Source: Squalus acanthias
Taxonomy: Eukaryota
NCBI GenBank assembly: GCA_030390025.1
Contig: JASTWF010000361.1
Coordinates: 372,001-436,000 of the forward strand
Length of the DNA: 64,000 bases
Reading direction: 5' to 3'
Shown in pieces: positions 11,834-26,800 of this stretch. The notes beneath the pieces are model-generated. The model was not told the DNA's origin. It was given only the letters and a program-made list of their open reading frames with translations, and ran no database searches. The position numbers and the translations under genes are program-made. The first letter of the stretch is position 1. Every line of letters starts with the position of its first letter.

Positions 11834-14800
11834 CCCGGCTGATTTCCCCTCTCTCTAACCCAAGGGTCACTGGGCAGTGATCAGGAGCAGGAAGCCTGGC
11901 TGATTTCCCCTCTCTCTAACCCAGGGGTCACTGGACAGTGATCAGGAGCAGGAACCATGGCTGATGTCCCCTCTCTCTAACCCAGGGATCACTGGGCAGT
12001 GATCAGGAGCAGGAACCCTGGCTGATTTCCCCTCTCTCTAACCCAGGGGACACTGGACAGTGATCAGGAACCCTGGCTGATTTCCCCTCTCTCTAAACCA
12101 GGGGTCACTGGGCAGTAATTAGGAGCAGGAACCCAGTCTGATTTCCCCTCTCTCTAACCCAGGGGTCACTGGGCAGTGATCAGGAGCAGGAACCATGGCT
12201 GATGTCCCCTCTCTCTAAACCAGGGGTCACTTTGCAGTAATTAGGAGCAGGAACCCAGTCTGATTTCCCCTCTCTCTAACCCAGGGGTCACTGGACAGTG
12301 ATCAGGAGCAGGAACCATGGCTGATGTCCCCTCTCTCTAACCCAGGGGTCACTGGGCAGTGATCAGGAGCAGGAACCCTGGCTGATTTCCCCTCTCTCTA
12401 ACCCAGGGGACACTGGACAGTGATCAGGAACCCTGGCTGATTTCCCCTCTCTCAAACTCAGGGGTCACTGGGAAGTGATCAGCAGCAGGAACCCTGGCTG
12501 ATTTCCCCTCTTTCTAACCCAGGGGTCACTGGACAGTAATCAGGAGCAGGAACCCGGGCTGATATCCCTTCTCTCTGACCCAGGGGTCACTGGACAGTGA
12601 ACAGGAGCAGGCACCCTGGCTGATTTCCTCTCTCTCTAACCCAGGGGTCACTGGGCAGTGATTAGGAGCAGGAACCCAGGCTGATATCCCATCTCTCTAA
12701 CCCAGGGGACACTGGACAGTGATCAGGAGCAGGAACCCGGGCTGATTTCCTCTCTTTCTAACCCAGGGGTCACTGGACAGTGATCAGGAGCAGGAACCCT
12801 GGCTGATATCCCATCTCTCTAACCCAGGGGACACTGGACAGTGATCAGGAGCAGGAACCCTGGCTGATTTCCCCTCTCTCTAACCCAGGGGTCACTGGGC
12901 AGTGATCAGGAACCCGGGCTGATTTCCCCTCTCTCTAACCCAAAAGACACTGGTCAGTGATCAGGAGCAGGAACCCTGGCTGATTTCCCCTCTCTCTAAC
13001 CCAGGGGACACTGGACAGTGATCAGGAGCAGGAACCCTGGCTGATTTCCCCTCTCTCTAACCCAGGGGTCACTGGGCAGTGATCAGGAGCAGGAACCTTG
13101 GCTGATTTCCCCTCTCTCTAACCCAAAAGACACTGGACAGTGATCAGGAGCAGGAACCCTGGCTGATTTCCCCTCTCTCTAACCCAGGGGTCACTGGACA
13201 GCGATCAGGAGCAGGAACCCTGGCTGATTTCCCCTCTCTCTAAACAAGGGGTCACTGGGCAGTGATCAGGAGCAGGAACCTTGGCTGATTCCCCCTCTCT
13301 CTAACCCAGGGATCACTCGCCAGTGATGAGGAGCAGGAACCCTGGCTGATTTCCCCTCTCTCTAACCCAGGGGTCACTGGGCAGTGATCAGGAACCCGGG
13401 CTGATTTCCCCTCTCTCTAACCCAAAAGACACTGGTCAGTGATCAGGAGCAGGAACCCTGGCTGATTTCCCCTCTCTCTAACCCAGGGGACACTGGACAG
13501 TGATCAGGAGCAGGAACCCTGGCTGATTTCCCCTCTCTCTAACCCAGGGGTCACTGGGCAGTGATCAGGAGCAGGAACCTTGGCTGATTCCCCCTCTCTC
13601 TAACCCAGGGATCACTCGCCAGTGATGAGGAGCAGGAACCCTGGCTGATTTCCCCTATCTCTAACCCAGGGGTCACTGGGCAGTGATCAGGAACCCGGGC
13701 TGATTTCCCCTCTCTCTAACCCAGGAGACACTGGACAGTGATCAGGAGCAGGAACCCGGGCTGATTTCCTCTCTTTCTAACCCAGGGGTCACTGGACAGT
13801 GATCAGGAGCAGGAAACCTGGCTGATATCCCCTCTCTCTAACCCAGGGGACACATGGACAGTGATCAGGAGCAGGAACCCTGGCTGATTTCCCCTCTAAC
13901 CCAGGGGTCATTGGACAGTGATCAGGAAACCTGGCTGATTTCCCCTCTCTCTAAACCAGGGGTCACTGGGCAGTGATCAGGAGCAGGCACCCTGGCTGAT
14001 TCCCCTATCTCTAACCCACGGGTCACTGGGCAGTGATGAGGAGCAGGAACCCTGGCTGATGTCCCCTCTCTCTAACCCAGGGGTCACTGGGAAGTGATCA
14101 ACAGCAGGAACCCTGGCTGATTTCCCCTCTTTCTAACCCAGGGGTCACTGGACAGTAATCAGGAGCAGCAACGCGGGCTGATATCCCTTCTCTCTAACCC
14201 AGGGGTCACTGGAAAGTGATCAGGAACAGGAATCCTGGCTGATTTCCTCTCTCTCTAACCCAGGGGTCACTGGGCAGTGATCAGGAGCAGGAACCCTGGC
14301 TGATTTCCCCTCTCTCTAACCCAGGGGTCACTGGGCAGTGATCAGGAGCAGGAACCCTAGCTGGTTTCCCCTCACTCTAACCCAGGGGACAATGGACAGT
14401 GATCAGGAACCCTGGCTGATGTACCCTCTCTCTAAACCAGGGGTCACTGGGCAGTAATTAGGAGCAGGAACCCAGTCTGATTTCCCCTCTCTCTAACCCA
14501 GGGGACACTGGACAGTGATCAGGAGCAGGAACCCTGGCTGATTTCCCCTCTCTCTAACCCAGGGGTCACTGGGCAGTGATCAGGAGCAGGAACCTTGGCT
14601 GATTTCCCCTCTCTCTAACCCAAAAGACACTGGACAGTGATCAGGAGCAGGAACCCTGGCTGATTTCCCCTCTCTCTAACCCAGGGGTCACTGGACAGTG
14701 ATCAGGAGCAGGAACCCTGGCTGATTTCCCCTCTCTCTAAACAAGGGGTCACTGGGCAGTGATCAGGAGCAGGAACCTTGGCTGATTCCCCCTCTCTCTA

Positions 14801-17800
14801 ACCCAGGGATCACTCGCCAGTGATGAGGAGCAGGAACCCTGGCTGATTTCCCCTCTCTCTAACCCAGGGGTCACTGGGCAGTGATCAGGAACCCGGGCTG
14901 ATTTCCCCTCTCTCTAACCCAGGAGACACTGGACAGTGATCAGGAGCAGGAACCCGGGCTGATTTCCTCTCTTTCTAACCCAGGGGTCACTGGACAGTGA
15001 TCAGGAGCAGGAAACCTGGCTGATATCCCCTCTCTCTAACCCAGGGGACACATGGACAGTGATCAGGAGCAGGAACCCTGGCTGATTTCCCCTCTCTCTA
15101 ACCCAGGGGTCATTGGACAGTGATCAGGAAACCTGGCTGATTTCCCCTCTCTCTAAACCAGGGGTCACTGGACAGTGATCAGGAGCAGGCACCCTGGCTG
15201 ATTCCCCTATCTCTAACCCACGGGTCACTGGGCAGTGATGAGGAGCAGGAACCCTGGCTGATGTCCCCTCTCTCTAACCCAGGGGTCACTGGGAAGTGAT
15301 CAACAGCAGGAACCCTGGCTGATTTCCCCTCTTTCTAACCCAGGGGTCACTGGACAGTAATCAGGAGCAGCAACGCGGGCTGATATCCCTTCTCTCTAAC
15401 CCAGGGGTCACTGGAAAGTGATCAGGAACAGGAACCCTGGCTGATTTCCTCTCTCTCTAACCCAGGGGTCACTGGGCAGTGATCAGGAGCAGGAACCCTG
15501 GCTGATTTCCCCTCTCTCTAACCCAGGGGACACTGGACAGTGATCAGGAGCAGGAACCCTGGCTGATTTCCCCTCTCTCTAACCCAGGAGACACTGGACA
15601 GTGATCAGGAAACCTGGCTGATTTCCCCTCTCTCTAAACCAGAGGTCACTGGGCACTGATCAGGAGCAGGCACCTGGCTGATTTCCCCTCTCTCTAACAT
15701 AGGGGACACTGGAGATTGATCAGGAAACCTGTCTGATTTCCCCTCTCTCTGACGCAGGGCTGACTGGAAAGTGATGAGGAGCAGGAACCCTGGCTGATTC
15801 CCCTCTCTCTAACCCAGGGGTCACTGGACAGTGATCAGGAGCAGGAACCCTGGCTGATTTCCCCTCTTTCTAACCCCGGGGTCACTGGGCAATGATCAGG
15901 AGCAGGAACCCGGGCTGATTTCCCTTCTCTCTAACCCAGTGGTCACTGGGCAGTGATCAGGAGCAGGAACCCTGGCTGATTTCCCCTCTCTGTAACCCAG
16001 GCGTCACTGGACAGTGATCAGGAGCAGGAACCTGGGCTGATTTCTCCTCTCTCTAACCCAGGGGTCACTGGACAGTGATCAGGAGCAGGAACCCTGGCTG
16101 ATTTCCCCTCTCTGTAACCCAGGCGTCACTGGACAGTGATCAGGAGCAGGAAACCTGGCTGATTTCCCCTCTCTGTAACCCAGGGGTCACTGGACAGTGA
16201 TCAGGAGCAGGAACCTTGGCTGATTTCCCCTCTCTCTAACCCAGGGGTCACTGGACAGTGATCAGGAAACCTGGCTGATTTCCCCTCTCTCGAAACCAGA
16301 GGTCACTGGGCACTGATCCGGAGCAGGCACCCTGGCTGATTTCCCCTCTCTCTAACCCAGGGGACACTGGAGATTGATCAGGAAACCTGTCTGATTTCCC
16401 CTCTCTCTGACCCAGGGCTGACTGGAAAGTGATGAGGAGCAGGAACCCTGGCGGATTTCCCCTCTTTCTAACCCAGGGGTCACTGAACAGTGATCAGGAG
16501 CAGGAACCCTGGCTGATTTCCTCTCTCTCTAACCCAGGGGTCACTGGGCAGTGATCAGGAGCAGGAACCCTGGCTGGTTTCCCCTCACTCTAACCCAGGG
16601 GACAATGGACAGTGATCAGGAACCCTGGCTGATGTACCCTCTCTCTAAACCAGGGGTCACTGGACACTGATCAGGAGCAGGAACCCGGGCTGATGTCCCC
16701 TCTCTCTAAACCAGGTGTCACTGGGCAGTAATCAGGAGCAGGAACCCTGGCTGATTTCCTCTCTCTCTAACCCAGGGGTCACTGGGCAGTGATCAGGAGC
16801 AGGAACCCTGGCTGGTTTCCCCTCTCTCTAACCCAGGGGACAATGGACAGTGATCAGGAACCCTGGCTGATGTACCCTCTCTCTAAACCAGGGGTCACTG
16901 GACACTGATCAGGAGCAGGAACCTGGGCTGATGTCCCCTCTCTCTAACCCAGGAGACAATGGACAGTGATCAGGGGCAGGAACCCTGGCTGATTTCTCCT
17001 CTCTGTAACCCAGGGGTCACTGGAAAGTGATCAGGAGCAGGAAACCTGGCTGATTTCCCCTCTCTGTAACCCAGGAGACAATGGACAGTGATCAGGAGCA
17101 GGAACCCTGGCTGATTTCCCCTCTCTGTAACGCAGGTGTCACTGGACACTGATCAGGAGCAGGAACCCTGGCTGATTTCCCCTCTCTCTAACCCAGGAGA
17201 CAATGGACAGTGATCAGGAGCAGGAACCCTGGCTGATTTCCCCTCTCTGTAACCCAGGTGTCACTGGGCAGTGATCAGGAACCCGGGCTGATTTCCCCTC
17301 TTTCTAACCCAGGGGTCACTGGACAGTGATCAGGAGCAGGAACCCTGTCTGATTTCCCCTCTCTCTAACCCAGGGGTCACTGGACAGTGATCAGGAAACC
17401 TGGCTGATTTCCCCTCTCTCTGAACCAGGGGTCACTGGGCAGTGATGAGGAGCAGGAACCCTGGCTGATTCCCCTCTCTCTAACATAGCGGACACTGGAG
17501 ATTGATCAGGAAACCTGTCTGATTTCCCCTCTCTCTTACCCAGGGATGACTGGACAGTGATGAGGAGCAGGAACCCTGGCTGATTTCCCCTCTCTCTAAC
17601 CCAGGGGTCACTGGGAAGTGATCAGGAGCAGGAACCCTGGCTGATTTCCCCTCTCTCTAACCCAGGGGTCACTGGGAAGTGATCAGCAGCATGAACCCTG
17701 GCTGATTTCCCCTCTTTCTAACCCAGGGGTCACTGGACAGTGATCAGGAGCAGGAACCCTGGCTGATTTCCTCTCTCTAACCCAGGGGTCACTGGGCAGT

Positions 17801-20800
17801 GATCAGGAGCAGGAACCCTGGCTGGTTTCCCCTCTCTCTAACCCAGGGGACAATGGACAGTGATCAGGAACCCTGGCGGATGTCCCCTCTCTCTAAACCA
17901 GGGGTCACTGGACAGTGATCAGGAGCAGGAACCCTGGCTGATTCCCCCTCTCTCTAACCCAGGGGTCACTGGACAGTGATCAGGAACCCGGGCTGATTTC
18001 CCCTCTCTCTAACCCAGGAGACACTGGACAGAGATCAGGAGTTGGAACCCGGGCTGATTTCCTCTCTTTCTAACCCAGGGGTCACTGGCCAGTGATCAGG
18101 AGCAGGAAACCTGGCTGATATCCCCTCTCTCTAACCCAGGGGACACATGGACAGTGATCAGGAGCAGGAACCCTGACTGATTTCCCCTCTCTCTAACCCA
18201 GGGGTCATTGGACAGTGATCAGGAAACCTGGCTGATTTCCCCTCTCTCTAAACCAGGGGTCACTGGGCAGTGATCAGGAGCAGCAACGCGGGCTGATATC
18301 CCTTCTCTCTAACCCAGGGGTCACTGGAAAGTGATCAGGAACAGGAATCCTGGCTGATTTCCTCTCTCTCTAACCCAGGGGTCACTGGGCAGTGATCAGG
18401 AACAGGAATTCTGGCTGATTTCCCCTCTCTCTAACCCAGGTGTCACTGGGCAGTGGTCAGGAACCCGGGCTGATTTCCCCTCTCTCTAACCCAGGGGTCA
18501 CTGGGCAGTGATCAGGAACCTGGGCTAATTTCTCCTCTCTGTAACCCAGGGGACACTGGACAGTGATCAGGAGCAGGAACCCTGGCTGATTTCTCCTCTC
18601 TGTAACCCAGGGGTCACTGGAAAGTGATCAGGAGCAGGAAACCTGGCTGATTTCCCCTCTCTGTAACCCAGGGGTCACTGGAAAGTGATCAGGAGCAGGA
18701 AACCTGGCTGATTTCCCCTCTCTGTAACGCAGGTGTCACTGGACACTGATCAGGAGCAGGAACCCTGGCTGATTTCACCTCTCTCTAACCCAGGTGTCAC
18801 TGGGCAGTGATCAGGAACCCGGGCTGATTTCCCCTCTTTCTAACCCAGGGGTCACTGGACAGTGATCAGGAGCAGGAACCCTGTCTGATATCCCCTCTCT
18901 CTAACCCAGGGGACACTGGACAGTGATCAGGAGCAGGAACCCTGGCTGATTTCCCCTCTCTCTAACCCAGGGGTCACTGGACAGTGATCAGGAAACCTGG
19001 CTGATTTCCCCTCTCTCTAAACCAGGGGTCACTGGGCACTGATCCGGAGCAGGCACCCTGGCTGATTTCCCCTCTCTCTAACCCAGGGGTCACTGGGCAG
19101 TGATGAGGAGCAGGAACCCTGGCTGATTCCCCTCTCTCTAACATAGCGGACACTGGAGATTGATCAGGAAACCTGTCTGATTTCCCATCTCTCTTACCCA
19201 GGGGTCACTGGGAATTGATCAGCAGCATGAACCCTGAATGATTTCCCCTCTTTCTAACCCAGGGGTCACTGGACAGTGATCAGGAACCCTGGCGGATGTC
19301 CCCTCTCTCTAAACCAGGGGTCACTGGACAGTGATCAGGAGCAGGAACCCTGGCTGATTCCCCCTCTCTCTAACACAGGGGTCACTGGACAGTGATCAGG
19401 AACCCGGGCTGATTTCCCCTCTCTCTAACCCAGGAGACACTGGACAGAGCTCAGGAGCAGGAACCCGGGCTGATTTCCTCTCTTTCTAACCCAGGGGTCA
19501 CTGGCCAGTGATCAGGAGCAGGAAACCTGGCTGATATCCCCTCTCTCTAACCCAGAGGACACATGGACAGTGATCAGGAGCAGGAACCCTGACTGATTTC
19601 CCCTCTCTCTAACCCAGGGGTCATTGGACATTGATCAGGAAACCTGGCTGATTTCCCCTCTCTCTAAATCAGGGGTCACTGGGCAGTGATCAGCAGCAGG
19701 AACCCTGGCTGATTTCCCCTCTTTCTAACCTAGGGGTCACTGGACAGTAATCAGGAGCAGGAACCCTGGCTGGTTTCCCCTCACTCTAACCCAGGGGACA
19801 ATGGACAGTGATCAGGAACAGGAATCCTGGCTGATTCCCCTCTCTCTAACCCAGGGGTCACTGGACAGTGATCAGGAGCAGGAATCCTGGCTGATTTCAC
19901 CTCTCTCTAACCCAGGTGTCACTGGGCAGTGGTCAGGAACCCTGGCTGATTCCCCTCTCTCTAACCCAGGGGTCACTGGACAGTGATCAGGAGCAGGAAC
20001 CCTGGCTGATTTCCCCTCTTTCTAACCCAGGGGTCACTGGAAAGTGATCAGGAGCAGGAACCCTGGCTGATTTCCCCTCTCTCTAACCCAGGGGTCACTG
20101 GGCAGTGATCAGGAACCTGGGCTGATTTCTCCTCTCTCTAACCCAGGAGACACTGGACGGTGATCAGGAGCAGGAACCCTGCCTGATTTCCCCTCTCTGT
20201 AACCCAGGCGTCACTGGACAGTGATCAGGAGCAGGAAACCTGGCTGATTTCCCCTCCCTGTAACCCAGGGGTCACTGGACAGTGATCAGGAGCAGGAACC
20301 CTGGCTGATTTCCCCTCTCTGTAAACCGGGGTTAGTGGACAGTGATCAGGAGCAGGAACCCTGGCTGATTTCCCCTCTCTCTAACCCAGGGGTCACTGGA
20401 CAGTGATCAGGAAACCTGGCTGATTTCCCCTCTCTCTAAACCAGAGGTCACTGGGCAGTGATGAGGAGCAGGAAACCTGGCTGATTTCCCCTCTCTCTGA
20501 ACCAGAGGTCACTGGGCAGTGATGAGGAGCAGGAAACCTGGCTGATTTCTTCTCTCTCTAACATAGGGGACACTGGAGATTGATCAGGAAACCTGTCTGA
20601 TTTCCCCTCTCCCTGACCCAGGGCTGACTGGAAAGTGATGAGGAGCAGGAACCCTGGCGGATTTCCCCTCTTTCTAACCCAGGGGTCACTGAACAGTGAT
20701 CAGGAGCAGGAACCCTGGCTGATTTCCTCTCTCTCTAACCCAGGGGTCACTGGGCAGTGATCAGGAGCAGGAACCCTGGCTGATTTCCCCTCTCTGTAAC

Positions 20801-23800
20801 CCAGGAGACACTGGACACTGATCAGGAGCAGGAACCCTGTCTGATTTCACCTCTCTCTAACCCAGGTGTCACTGGGCAGTGATCAGGAGCAGGAACCCTG
20901 GCTGATTTCCCCTCTCTGTAACGCAGGTGTCACTGGACACTGATCAGGAGCAGGAACCCTGTCTGATTTCACCTCTCTCTAACCCAGGTGTCACTGGGCA
21001 GTGATCAGGAACCCGGGCTGATTTCCCCTCTTTCTAACCCAGGGGTCACTGGACAGTGATCAGGAGCAGGAACCCTGTCTGATATCCCCTCTCTCTAACC
21101 CAGGGGACACTGGACAGTGATCAGGAGCAGGAACCCTGGCTGATTTCCCCTCTCTCTAACCCAGGGGTCACTGGACAGTGATCAGGAAACCTGGCTGATT
21201 TCCCCTCTCTCTAAACCAGGGGTCACTGGGCACTGATCCGGAGCAGGCATCCTGGCTGATTTCCCCTCTCTCTAACCCAGGGGTCACTGGGCAGTGATGA
21301 GGAGCAGGAACCCTGGCTGATTCCCCTCTCTCTAACATAGCGGACACTGGAGATTGATCAGGAAACCTGTCTGATTTCCCCTCTCTCTAACCCAGGGATG
21401 ACTGGACAGTGATGAGGAGCAGGAACCCTGGCTGATTTCCCCTCTCTCTAACCCAGGGGTCACTGGGAAGTGATCAGCAGCATGAACCCTGGCTGATTTC
21501 CCCTCTTTCTAACCCAGGGGTCACTGGACAGTGATCAGGAGCAGGATCCCTGGCTGATTTCCTCTCTCTAACCCAGGGGTCACTGGGCAGTGATCAGGAG
21601 CAGGAACCCTGGCTGGTTTCCCCTCTCTCTAACCCAGGGGACAATGGACATTGATCAGGAACCCTGGCGGATGTCCCCTCTCTCTAAACCAGGGGTCACT
21701 GGACAGTGATCAGGAGCAGGAACCTTGGCTGATTCCCCCTCTCTCTAACCCAGGGGTCACTGGGCAGTGATCAGGAACCCGGGCTGATTTCCCCTCTCTC
21801 TAACCCAGGAGACACTGGACAGTGATCAGGAGCAGGAAACCTGGCTGATATCCCCTCTCTCTAACCCAGGGGACACATGGACAGTGATCAGGAGCAGGAA
21901 CCCTGGCTGATTTCCCCTCTCTCTAACCCAGGGGTCATTGGACAGTGATCAGGAAACCTGGCTGATTTCCCCTCTCTCTAAACCAGGGGTCACTGGGCAG
22001 TGATCAGGAGCAGGCACCCTGGCTGATTTCCCCTATCTCTAACCCAGGGGGTCACTGGGCAGTGATGAGGAGCAGGAACCCTGGCTGATGTCCCCTCTCT
22101 CTAACCCAGGGGTCACTGAGAAGTGATCAGCAGCAGGAACCCTGGCTGATTTCCCCTCTTTCTAACCCAGGGGTCACTGGACAGTAATCAGGAGCAGCAA
22201 CGCGGGCTGATATCCCTTCTCTCTAACCCAGGGGTCACTGGAAAGTGATCAGGAACAGGAATCCTGGCTGATTTCCTCTCTCTCTAACCCAGGGGTCACT
22301 GGGCAGTGATCAGGAGCAGGAACCCAGTCTGATTTCCCCTCTCTCTAACCCAGGGGACACTGGACAGTGATCAGGAGCAGGAATCCTGGCTGATTTCCCC
22401 TCTCTATAACCCAGGTGTCACTGGGCAGTGGTCAGGAACCCGGGCTGATTTCCCATCTCTCTAACCCAGGAGACACTGGACAGTGATCAGGAGCAGGCAC
22501 CCTGGCTGATTTCCCCTATCTCTAACCCAGGGGGTCACTGGGCAGTGATGAGGAGCAGGAACCCTGGCTGATGTCCCCTCTCTCTAACCCAGGGGTCACT
22601 GACAAGTGATCAGCAGCAGGAACCCTGGCTGATTTCCCCTCTTTCTAACCCAGGGGTCACTGGACAGTAATCAGGAGCAGCAACGCGGGCTGATATCCCT
22701 TCTCTCTAACCCAGGGGTCACTGGACACTGATCAGGAGCAGGAACCCTGGCTGATTTCACCTCTCTCTAACCCAGGTGTCACTGGGCAGTGATCAGGAAC
22801 CCGGGCTGATTTCCCCTCTTTCTAACCCAGGGGTCACTGGACAGTGATCAGGAGCAGGAACCCTGTCTGATATCCCCTCTCTCTAACCCAGGGGACACTG
22901 GACAGTGATCAGGAGCAGGAACCCTGGCTGATTTCCCCTCTCTCTAACCCAGGGGTCACTGGACAGTGATCAGGAAGCCTGGCTGATTTCCCCTCTCTCT
23001 AAACCAGGGGTCACTGGGCACTGATCCGGAGCAGGCACCCTGGCTGATTTCCCCTCTCTCTAACCCAGGGGTCACTGGGCAGTGATGAGGAGCAGGAACC
23101 CTGGCTGATTCCCCTCTCTCTAACATAGCGGACACTGGAGATTGATCAGGAAACCTGTCTGATTTCCCCTCTCTCTAACCCAGGGATGACTGGACAGTGA
23201 TCAGCAGCATGAACCCTGGCTGATTTCCCCTCTCTCTAACCCAGGAGACACTGGACAGAGCTCAGGAGCAGGAACCCGGGCTGATTTCCTCTCTTTCTAA
23301 CCCAGGGGTCACTGGCCAGTGATCAGGAGCAGGAAACCTGGCTGATATCCCCTCTCTCTAACCCAGAGGACACATGGACAGTGATCAGGAGCAGGAACCC
23401 TGACTGATTTCCCCTCTCTCTAACCCAGGGGTCATTGGACATTGATCAGGAAACCTGGCTGATTTCCCCTCTCTCTAAATCAGGGGTCACTGGGCAGTGA
23501 TCAGCAGCAGGAACCCTGGCTGATTTCCCCTCTTTCTAACCTAGGGGTCACTGGACAGTAATCAGGAGCAGGAACCCTGGCTGGTTTCCCCTCACTCTAA
23601 CCCAGGGGACAATGGACAGTGATCAGGAACAGGAATCCTGGCTGATTCCCCTCTCTCTAACCCAGGGGTCACTGGACAGTGATCAGGAGCAGGAATCCTG
23701 GCTGATTTCACCTCTCTCTAACCCAGGTGTCACTGGGCAGTGGTCAGGAACCCTGGCTGATTCCCCTCTCTCTAACCCAGGGGTCACTGGACAGTGATCA

Positions 23801-26800
23801 GGAGCAGGAACCCTGGCTGATTTCCCCTCTTTCTAACCCAGGGGTCACTGGAAAGTGATCAGGAGCAGGAACCCTGGCTGATTTCCCCTCTCTCTAAACC
23901 AGGTGTCACTGGGCAGTAATCAGGAGCAGGAACCCGGGCTGATTTCCCCTCTCTCTAACCCAGGGGTCACTGGGCAGTGATCAGGAACCTGGGCTGATTT
24001 CTCCTCTCTCTAACCCAGGAGACACTGGACGGTGATCAGGAGCAGGAACCCTGCCTGATTTCCCCTCTCTGTAACCCAGGCGTCACTGGACAGTGATCAG
24101 GAGCAGGAAACCTGGCTGATTTCCCCTCCCTGTAACCCAGGGGTCACTGGACAGTGATCAGGAGCAGGAACCCTGGCTGATTTCCCCTCTCTGTAAACCG
24201 GGGTCACTGGACAGTGATCAGGAGCAGGAACCCTGGCTGATTTCCCCTCTCTCTAACCCAGGGGTCACTGGACAGTGATCAGGAAACCTGGCTGATTTCC
24301 CCTCTCTCTAAACCAGAGGTCACTGGGCAGTGATGAGGAGCAGGAAACCTGGCTGATTTCCCCTCTCTCTGAACCAGAGGTCACTGGGCAGTGATGAGGA
24401 GCAGGAAACCTGGCTGATTTCTTCTCTCTCTAACATAGGGGACACTGGAGATTGATCAGGAAACCTGTCTGATTTCCCCTCTCCCTGACCCAGGGCTGAC
24501 TGGAAAGTGATGAGGAGCAGGAACCCTGGCGGATTTCCCCTCTTTCTAACCCAGGGGTCACTGAACAGTGATCAGGAGCAGGAACCCTGGCTGATTTCCT
24601 CTCTCTCTAACCCAGGGGTCACTGGGCAGTGATCAGGAGCAGGAACCCTGGCTGGTTTCCCCTCACTCTAACCCAGGGGTCACTGGACAGTGATGAGGAG
24701 CAGGAAACCTGGCTGATTTCCCCTCTCTCTAACCCAGGAGACAATGGACAGTGATCAGGAGCAGGAACCCTGGCTGATTTCCCCTCTCTGTAACGCAGGT
24801 GTCACTGGACACTGATCAGGAGCAGGAACCCTGTCTGATTTCACCTCTCTCTAACCCAGGTGTCACTGGGCAGTGATCAGGAACCCGGGCTGATTTCCCC
24901 TCTTTCTAACCCAGGGGTCACTGGACAGTGATCAGGAGCAGGAACCCTGTCTGATATCCCCTCTCTCTAACCCAGGGGACACTGGACAGTGATCAGGAGC
25001 AGGAACCCTGGCTGATTTCCCCTCTCTCTAACCCAGGGGTCACTGGACAGTGATCAGGAAACCTGGCTGATTTCCCCTCTCTCTAAACCAGGGGTCACTG
25101 GGCACTGATCCGGAGCAGGCACCCTGGCTGATTTCCCCTCTCTCTAACCCAGGGGTCACTGGGCAGTGATGAGGAGCAGGAACCCTGGCTGATTCCCCTC
25201 TCTCTAACATAGCGGACACTGGAGATTGATCAGGAAACCTGTCTGATTTCCCCTCTCTCTAACCCAGGGATGACTGGACAGTGATGAGGAGCAGGAACCC
25301 TGGCTGATTTCCCCTCTCTCTAACCCAGGGGTCACTGGGAAGTGATCAGCAGCATGAACCCTGGCTGATTTCCCCTCTTTCTAACCCAGGGGTCACTGGA
25401 CAGTGATCAGGAGCAGGATCCCTGGCTGATTTCCTCTCTCTAACCCAGGGGTCACTGGGCAGTGATCAGGAGCAGGAACCCTGGCTGGTTTCCCCTCTCT
25501 CTAACCCAGGGGACAATGGACATTGATCAGGAACCCTGGCGGATGTCCCCTCTCTCTAAACCAGGGGTCACTGGACAGTGATCAGGAGCAGGAACCTTGG
25601 CTGATTCCCCCTCTCTCTAACCCAGGGGTCACTGGGCAGTGATCAGGAACCCGGGCTGATTTCCCCTCTCTCTAACCCAGGAGACACTGGACAGTGATCA
25701 GGAGCAGGAAACCTGGCTGATATCCCCTCTCTCTAACCCAGGGGACACATGGACAGTGATCAGGAGCAGGAACCCTGGCTGATTTCCCCTCTCTCTAACC
25801 CAGGGGTCATTGGACAGTGATCAGGAAACCTGGCTGATTTCCCCTATCTCTAACCCAGGGGGTCACTGGGCAGTGATGAGGAGCAGGAACCCTGGCTGAT
25901 GTCCCCTCTCTCTAACCCAGGGGTCACTGAGAAGTGATCAGCAGCAGGAACCCTGGCTGATTTCCCCTCTTTCTAACCCAGGGGTCACTGGACAGTAATC
26001 AGGAGCAGCAACGCGGGCTGATATCCCTTCTCTCTAACCCAGGGGTCACTGGAAAGTGATCAGGAACAGGAATCCTGGCTGATTTCCTCTCTCTCTAACC
26101 CAGGGGTCACTGGGCAGTGATCAGGAGCAGGAACCCTGGCTGATTTCCCCTCTCTGTAACATAGGGGACACTGGAGATTGATCAGGAAACCTGTCTGATT
26201 TCCCCTCTCTCTGACCCAGGGCTGACTGGAAAGTGATGAGGAGCAGGAACCCTGGCGGATTTCCCCTCTTTCTAACCCAGGGGTCACTGGGCAGTGATCA
26301 GGAGCAGGAACCCTGGCTGGTTTCCCCTCACTCTAACCCAGGGGACAATGGACAGTGATCAGGAACCCTGGCTGATGTCCCCTCTCTCTAAACCAGGTGT
26401 CACTGGGCAGTAATCAGGAGCAGGAACCCGGGCTGATTTCCCCTCTCTCTAACCCAGGGGTCACTGGGCAGTGATCAGGAGCAGGAACCCTGGCTGATTT
26501 CCCCTCTCTGTAACCCAGGGGTCACTGGAAAGTGATCAGGAGCAGGAAACCTGGCTGATTTCCCCTCTCTGTAACCCAGGAGACAATGGACAGTGATCAG
26601 GAGCAGGAACCCTGGCTGATTTCCCCTCTCTGTAACGCAGGTGTCACTGGACACTGATCAGGAGCAGGAACCCTGGCTGATTTCACCTCTCTCTAACCCA
26701 GGTGTCACTGGGCAGTGATCAGGAACCCGGGCTGATTTCCCCTCTTTCTAACCCAGGGGTCACTGGACAGTGATCAGGAGCAGGAACCCTGTCTGATATC